A DNA stretch of 64,000 nt from IMG/VR virus record IMGVR_UViG_3300037067_014663; one strand, written 5' to 3'. Positions 58,459 to 64,000 of the stretch are shown here, one piece after another. The position numbers were made by a program, and so were the translations under genes. The notes under the pieces are model-generated. The model had not been told where the DNA came from. It ran no database searches and saw nothing but the letters and a program-made list of their open reading frames with translations. Positions within the stretch are counted from its first letter, which is position 1, and each line of letters begins with the position of its first letter. Origin of the DNA: an uncultured virus (IMG/VR IMGVR_UViG_3300037067_014663) (lineage: Duplodnaviria > Heunggongvirae > Uroviricota > Caudoviricetes).

Positions 58459-58460
58459 TT

Positions 58461-59222
58461 ATGAATGAATTAGTAAAGATTACAGAACAAGATGGACAAC
58501 AATTAGTGTCCGCACGTGAACTACATGAATTTCTTGAAAGTGAAAGACAATTTGGTAATTGGATTCAACAACGAATTGATAAGTATGGGTTCATTGAGAA
58601 TCAGGATTATATTTGCTTTAACAAATTTGTTAAAGCAGAAAAGTATGGTAATAAAACACTGAAAGAATATGCCATTACAATTGATATGGCTAAAGAACTT
58701 GCAATGGTTGAGGGGAATGAAAAAGGAAAACAAGCTCGCAGATATTTCATTGAAATTGAAAAGAAATATAAACAAAATATACTTTCCACACCAATAAACC
58801 AATCATATTTGGATTTGGTAGAAATGATTTTAAAAACTCTGCGGGATCAGGAAATTGCAATGAAGAAATTAGACGCTCGTATAAATCAAATTGAGTTTGT
58901 ACAAAATACAGCACGAAAACAATTAGAATATTTTCCAAAACCAATTGTAAAACCCCGAAATAAAACAGGAAGACAAATTCTTGTGCAATTTGTAAATTCA
59001 ATTGTAAGAAGGGATAATTTATTCCCCAGAAGTGTATGGATCAAATTATATGAAGAATTCTGTTGTCGTTATCGTAAAAATATACGGAGGCGAGCAAATA
59101 ATTTAGGAATTTCTCAACTTGATTGGATTGAACAATTTGATTATATTGATGAATTATACGCGATAGCTGTTGAATTGTTTCAAAATAAATGGGATATTAA
59201 AGTGCATAGAAAGAATCATTAA
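58461..59222 (+). CDS. AntA/AntB-family antirepressor
   Basis: VSARELHEFLES..F.NWI..RI.KYGF.ENQDY..DMAKELAMVE.NEKGKQARRYFI. Confidence 0.92.
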   Translation: MNELVKITEQDGQQLVSARELHEFLESERQFGNWIQQRIDKYGFIENQDYICFNKFVKAEKYGNKTLKEYAITIDMAKELAMVEGNEKGKQARRYFIEIEKKYKQNILSTPINQSYLDLVEMILKTLRDQEIAMKKLDARINQIEFVQNTARKQLEYFPKPIVKPRNKTGRQILVQFVNSIVRRDNLFPRSVWIKLYEEFCCRYRKNIRRRANNLGISQLDWIEQFDYIDELYAIAVELFQNKWDIKVHRKNH

Positions 59223-59237
59223 AAAAGACATTCACTT

Positions 59238-59594
59238 ATGCAATCTAAAACCAAATGCTCAACTCCTTATTGTCGAAATGATCGAGTAAAAGGAAGAACA
59301 AAGTGTTCTAAATGCAATATGCGTTGGCTAAAAGAACACCATCTAGACACATACACTTTTAATATACTTCGGTGTAATGCAAAAAGAAGAGGAAAAATTT
59401 TTAATATAACGCTTAATCAATTTCGTAAATTTTGTAAGGAAACTAATTATCTTGAATTAAAAGGCAAAAATGCAAGTAGTGCTTCAATTGATTGTAAAAT
59501 ACCAGAGAAAGGATATAGTTATGAAAATATGCAGATTTTAACCCTTGCAGAAAATACGATTAAAGAAAACAAAAGAAGGAAATGTCCTTTTTAA
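59238..59594 (+). CDS. Zn-binding, HNH-like endonuclease-related protein
   Basis: CSTPYC..CSKC; NAKRRG; SIDCKIPEKGY..NMQILTLAEN. Confidence 0.6.
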   Translation: MQSKTKCSTPYCRNDRVKGRTKCSKCNMRWLKEHHLDTYTFNILRCNAKRRGKIFNITLNQFRKFCKETNYLELKGKNASSASIDCKIPEKGYSYENMQILTLAENTIKENKRRKCPF

Positions 59595-59616
59595 TTCAAA
59601 AAATTTTTGTATAATA
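59594..59616 (+). promoter_or_regulatory. Putative phage-specific promoter motif, copy 2
   Basis: ATTCAAAAAATTTTTGTATAATA, 30 nt before ATG 59647. Confidence 0.55.
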
Positions 59617-59646
59617 TATTATAACAAATATTAAAATTTAAAGATT

Positions 59647-60270
59647 ATGGAAAAAATGACAATTCACAGAGGACTTGCAGAATTAAAATTAATTGATGCA
59701 AGAATTGAAAAAGGCATTGAAGAAACAACACTCACTGGGGTAAAGCAAAAAGGTAAAAAGGTGAATAATATCATTGAAGAAACCGAATTTACCAATAACG
59801 CACAATCTGGTTTTGACAGTGTTTTATCACTAATTAAACGTAAAAATTTAATCAAATGTGCTATTGTAGAAAAGAATGCAAAAACAAGAGTTGCCATTGG
59901 TGAAAATGAGATGACTATTGCAGATGCTATCAATTTTAAAACTTTAATTAAATATAAAAAACAATTTATTGCTAATTTGCACAAAAAGCATTTGACTGTT
60001 TTAGCTTGCCTTGAAAAAAACAATGCTATTGCAGATCAAAATTTGCAAGCAGTTCTTGTAGCTACATTTGGTAAGGCAGTAAAGACACAGGATACTGATT
60101 TGGAAGCAGTACGTAAGCCATTTATGGATTCTAATGAATGGCATTTGGTAGATCCATTGAAAATAATTGATAAATTAACTGTTTTAGAAAAAGAAGTATT
60201 AACTTTTGAAACTGAAGTTGATGCTGCTTTATCTGAAATAAACGCAGTAACGTTTATTGAATTTGAATAA
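59647..60270 (+). CDS. Long helical-hairpin protein (reminiscent of the DIP1984-like family)
   Basis: MTIHRGLAELKLIDARIEK..EMTIADAI..LVDPL..FETEVDAALSEINAVTFIE; family assignment from memory of the pattern. Confidence 0.7.
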   Translation: MEKMTIHRGLAELKLIDARIEKGIEETTLTGVKQKGKKVNNIIEETEFTNNAQSGFDSVLSLIKRKNLIKCAIVEKNAKTRVAIGENEMTIADAINFKTLIKYKKQFIANLHKKHLTVLACLEKNNAIADQNLQAVLVATFGKAVKTQDTDLEAVRKPFMDSNEWHLVDPLKIIDKLTVLEKEVLTFETEVDAALSEINAVTFIEFE

Positions 60271-60284
60271 TTAAAAAATAAAGT

Positions 60285-60539
60285 GACTAATTGTACGAAA
60301 AACACAAACATAACCTCCCGCTTGAGGATTAGAAAAGCAACCATGTGCTAAATGGATAAAATAAACAACAGAAAAGTTCAAAGATTAAAATTCAAAGCAT
60401 AAAGGTTAAATTTTAAAGTTCTTTATAATTAAAGTTTAAATTACAAAATGTAAAGGTCTTTTAAATCCAGTGAAAAGTTTTATAGGTGGTGGTTATTTGT
60501 CCTCGTGTTTTGTATCTGGCTGTACAATTAGTCCTTTTT
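60285..60539 (+). ncRNA. Putative structured RNA with 7-nt periodic AAA-N4 repeats
   Basis: 12-bp perfect closing stem, nested stems, 11 heptamers and a 3' U-tract (see findings). Confidence 0.7.
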
Positions 60540-60627
60540 AAAATATAGAATTATGGAGTAACGGGTGTCCTTTAACTGGAGAACTCCTTCCAAAAGGAAC
60601 TGTCATTAAACTTAAAGTAAAATAATT

Positions 60628-61149
60628 ATGAGCTACGAAAAAAACATTGAAATCAATTTAAATTATGCAAAAGATGTAGAAATCGATTGTGACCAATTAG
60701 ATTTGGAATTGTTGGAACAGGCAGCATTATTTATGAAATATGGTATGAATGCTGCCAGACAACGAAAATATTTAGATATAGTAAAAGAAAAATTGGATTT
60801 GGTGAAAGCTGAATTGGATCAAAAAATTAGAACATTTCCATCAAATTACAAAATTGACAAAGTTACAGAAGCTGTTGTTAGTTCTACAATTATTCAACAG
60901 GATGAATTTAAAGAAGCAAATAAAGAATATATAGAGGCAAAGTATACACTGGATGTTGCACAAGTTGCTGTTTCCGCAATGAACCAACGCAAAAGCGTTT
61001 TGGAGGATCTCGTTAAACTTCATGGGATGCAATATTTTGCTGGACCAAGAATACCAAGAGATCTCCGTCAAAAGAGAGAAGAACGGGAAGCACAACAAAA
61101 AGAAACAGGAGAAAAAGTAGGTGCATCACTCAAAAGAAAAACCAGATGA
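60628..61149 (+). CDS. UvsY-like recombination mediator (putative)
   Basis: Helical; EQAALFMKY..KVTEAVV..AMNQRKSVL; next to gp32-like and RecA-like genes. Confidence 0.55.
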   Translation: MSYEKNIEINLNYAKDVEIDCDQLDLELLEQAALFMKYGMNAARQRKYLDIVKEKLDLVKAELDQKIRTFPSNYKIDKVTEAVVSSTIIQQDEFKEANKEYIEAKYTLDVAQVAVSAMNQRKSVLEDLVKLHGMQYFAGPRIPRDLRQKREEREAQQKETGEKVGASLKRKTR

Positions 61150-61290
61150 CATATATCTATTGTTTAATACTTGCAATAGTTACAGTTATTTTTGTTTATG
61201 TACTATCAAGAATACAGGCTATTGCATGGTTGCACTCGTTAGAAAAATTTTTAAATAACAAACACAATAATATCTTAAAAACTGAAGAAA

Positions 61291-62649
61291 ATGAGCAAAA
61301 ACAATCAAAGAACAACTAATTTTAGTGATAAAATTAGAAATCAAGTTGATGATCACAAAGCACAGGATAGCAAAAGTTATGGCTATCTTAAACTACCTAA
61401 AGGCATTCAAGTGTATTCCGTAGATATCCCAAAAAAGTTGAATCTGTTAAAAGTTAAATTTGACATCATCCCATATCTTATAAGTGATGCAAAACATATT
61501 GATGCTAAATTAGGTGCAGAAATTGGAGAACCTTGGTGGAGAAGGCCGATTCGGATTCACAAACATATTGGTGTTGATGATGATTCTGTAATTTGTTTAT
61601 CAACTATTGGAAAGAAATGTCCTATTTGTGAATATCAGAAAGAATTAATTGCAAATAAGGCAAGCAAAGAAGATATAAAAGCATTAAATTATTCCAAACG
61701 TAGTATTTACCTTGTTTGGCCGAAGGATGATGGGGACTTTGATGATGAAGTTCATATTTTTGACATTTCTGATTTCTGTTTTTATGATCCACTTATGGTT
61801 GATGCAGAAGAAATGAACGAATACAATTTTCCTTCATTATCTGATGGAAAGACTTTACAAGTTCGGTTTGAAAAAGAAACATTTGCCGGAAATGAATTTC
61901 CAAAAGCAACTCGCATAAGTTTCATAGAAAGAGACGAACAGTATAAAGAATCTATTTTAGAAGAAGTTCCTTGCCTTGATGGGATTTTGAACATCCTTTC
62001 TTATGATGAACTAAATGCAAAATTTCTTGCTATAGGTGATGAAGATACAGAAGAAAAAAGAAAAGTCAAAGATGATGATGAGAAACCTCGTAGCAGGAAA
62101 TCAGTTTTAACAAAAAGCAAAGAAAAAGAAGAACTGGAAATAACTTGGGCACAAATTGATGGTAAATCTAATAGAAGTTTGTGTTCTTTAATTATTCAGG
62201 AAAATATTGATCTTAATCCTGACAAATTTGATGATGATAACGAACTTAAAATAGCTATAGCCGAGAAATTAGGTATTAAAGTTCCTACTGCAAAACCAAA
62301 GAAAGAGGAAGAAGAAACTGAAAAAGTTACCTGGGAATCTCTTACAAAATTGGAAGGACGTAGATTGTCACGTGTTGTCAAAATGAATAATTTAGATATT
62401 ACGATCAGTGATTTTGAAGATGATGATCCCGGACTGCGTGAAGCCATTGCAAAAGAAATGGATATTGAAATTCCTAAAGCAAAAAAAGAAACTGAGGGCA
62501 AAAAAAGAAATAGTAAGGAATCTTCCAAAGAAAATCCATGCCCAAACGGGTTTGTGTATGGAAAGGACAATGATAAATACAATGAATGTGAAGAATGTGT
62601 TGTTTGGAAAGCATGTCTCACTGAGAATGAAAAACTAAAAGGAAAATAA
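61291..62649 (+). CDS. gp32-like single-stranded DNA-binding protein with long acidic C-terminus
   Basis: FDIIPY..IHKHIG..ICLSTIGKKCPICE..DGKTLQVRF. Confidence 0.75.
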   Translation: MSKNNQRTTNFSDKIRNQVDDHKAQDSKSYGYLKLPKGIQVYSVDIPKKLNLLKVKFDIIPYLISDAKHIDAKLGAEIGEPWWRRPIRIHKHIGVDDDSVICLSTIGKKCPICEYQKELIANKASKEDIKALNYSKRSIYLVWPKDDGDFDDEVHIFDISDFCFYDPLMVDAEEMNEYNFPSLSDGKTLQVRFEKETFAGNEFPKATRISFIERDEQYKESILEEVPCLDGILNILSYDELNAKFLAIGDEDTEEKRKVKDDDEKPRSRKSVLTKSKEKEELEITWAQIDGKSNRSLCSLIIQENIDLNPDKFDDDNELKIAIAEKLGIKVPTAKPKKEEEETEKVTWESLTKLEGRRLSRVVKMNNLDITISDFEDDDPGLREAIAKEMDIEIPKAKKETEGKKRNSKESSKENPCPNGFVYGKDNDKYNECEECVVWKACLTENEKLKGK

Positions 62650-63012
62650 ATGGGTATTCTGAAATCATCAAGTGTTATTGATAAAACAGATGCACAAAGA
62701 GTAGTAGGTGTGGTATTACCAGAGAGAATATCCACCTACTTCTCTCTTTTTGTCACTGCAAAAGGATGCACCAAAGCAACGATATTCAGGGAATTAATGC
62801 AAAAGTGGTGGGACCACAAAACGGTTAAAGAACCTGAAAATAAGTTGTTGGAAACCCTGTTTAATAAAATCCAAAAGGAATGGTCTTCTATAAAATTAAA
62901 AGTCCCAGAAAAAAATATTGAGGATTTTCGTTCGGAACTACAACAGGAACTTCAAAAAAAAGGATTGAAAGAAATTCACATAAAGACTATTTTAAATAAA
63001 CTTAAAGAGTAA
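62650..63012 (+). CDS. Hypothetical protein (possible ribbon-helix-helix-like region)
   Basis: 120 aa, translationally coupled on both sides. Confidence 0.6.
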   Translation: MGILKSSSVIDKTDAQRVVGVVLPERISTYFSLFVTAKGCTKATIFRELMQKWWDHKTVKEPENKLLETLFNKIQKEWSSIKLKVPEKNIEDFRSELQQELQKKGLKEIHIKTILNKLKE

Positions 63013-64000
63013 TGGAACGAAAAAATAAAGAACCACTTGCTACACAAATGAAAAAACATGTAAACTCACCAAAAAAGAAAGATGATGATTACGTTCCTTA
63101 TGAAGGTAATTTTAATACAGTAACCAGCACAGGCTCTACTTTAGTTAATTTAGCAATATCTGGAAAACGTATAAGGGGAGGAGGATTGCCCGGAGGCACC
63201 GTAGTTGTGGTTTCTGGTCCATCACAATCAGGAAAAACGGCCTTTCTCAGTGAAATTGCAGGAAACATAAAACAAGGTGGTGGTGAAAATCAATTTCATG
63301 ATCCTGAAGGAAGATTAGATCAAGAATTTGCTCGAATATTTGGAATGGAATTAGATAAAGAAAATTATCATCAACCGGATACCATAACAGGATTATTTGA
63401 GATAGCAAGATTATGGAAACCAAAAAAAACAATTACGACCATTAATGGAATTTTTGGGGATTCATTAGCTGCATTATCTACAAAATTAGAAATGGAAAGT
63501 GAAGATGGGGATAAAATGGGTGGTCGCAGGGCTAAAGAATTTTCAGAACAATTCAGAAAATTTTGCAGACAAATTAAACAATTAAATTATCTTATGGTGT
63601 GTAGCAATCAACTTAGGGAAAATATGGATGGGAATAAATATTCCCCAAAATACACAGAACCAGGAGGACAAGCTTTAAAATTTTATCCCAGCGTACGATT
63701 GCGTTTCGGAGCCCCAAAAAATATTCCAAAAAAGATCACATTTAAGGGAAAAGAAATTGAAAAAATAATTGGTATTGAAACGGAAGTACAAGCAATTAAA
63801 ACAGTTGATGATCCATACAGAAAAGCCCCTTTATTTATAATTTATGGGTACGGCATTGATGACATTCGTGCTAATTTACAGTACATAAAAACATATAAAG
63901 GATTGTCTATTTACACTGTAAATGGAACAAAATTAGATATTTCTATGGAAGAATCAATAAAAATAGTGGAACAAAATAATCTTATTAATGAATTAAAAGA
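63012..64000 (+). CDS. recA: RecA/UvsX-like recombinase, running off the right edge of the window
   Basis: Absent from the ORF track. STGSTLVNLAISG..GGLPGG..SGPSQSGKT, DPEGRLD, DSLAAL, NQLRE, PGGQALKFYPSVRL. Confidence 0.92.
   Translation, partial: MERKNKEPLATQMKKHVNSPKKKDDDYVPYEGNFNTVTSTGSTLVNLAISGKRIRGGGLPGGTVVVVSGPSQSGKTAFLSEIAGNIKQGGGENQFHDPEGRLDQEFARIFGMELDKENYHQPDTITGLFEIARLWKPKKTITTINGIFGDSLAALSTKLEMESEDGDKMGGRRAKEFSEQFRKFCRQIKQLNYLMVCSNQLRENMDGNKYSPKYTEPGGQALKFYPSVRLRFGAPKNIPKKITFKGKEIEKIIGIETEVQAIKTVDDPYRKAPLFIIYGYGIDDIRANLQYIKTYKGLSIYTVNGTKLDISMEESIKIVEQNNLINELK

Overview
AT-rich, 64-kb section of a tailed dsDNA phage (siphovirus layout). TTG-N20-TAnnTTTG promoters, the tail protein and the lysozyme domain all point to a Bacteroidota/FCB host (inference). 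Two arms diverge at about 33.1-33.3 kb. Left arm (minus strand): terS, an odd 1.2-kb spacer, terL, two cold-shock-domain genes, portal, MuF, accessory genes, a multi-domain protease/scaffold, decoration protein and major capsid, then an 11-gene glycan synthesis/modification cluster, neck, tail tube, frameshifted tail chaperones, tape measure and tail proteins. Right arm (plus strand): small early genes, SNF2 helicase, sigma-like factor, primase, HNH, initiator with iterons, SF4-type helicase, ParB-like protein, a split UDG-exonuclease / family A polymerase, antirepressor and a UvsY/gp32/RecA-like module. Most interesting: (1) a helical-protein gene followed by a ~250-nt structured RNA carrying 11 AAA-N4 heptamers (59.6-60.5 kb); (2) an attC-like cassette array lying between the two polymerase halves (52.3-56.4 kb); (3) eight copies of a 26-bp palindrome, one inside the ParB-like gene; (4) the glycosylation locus in the virion operon; (5) a signal-peptide lysozyme fused in frame to the polymerase; (6) strong Shine-Dalgarno sites concentrated on virion genes. 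No tRNA, rRNA, CRISPR array or integrase was seen. All family assignments come from reading motifs by eye, not from database searches.
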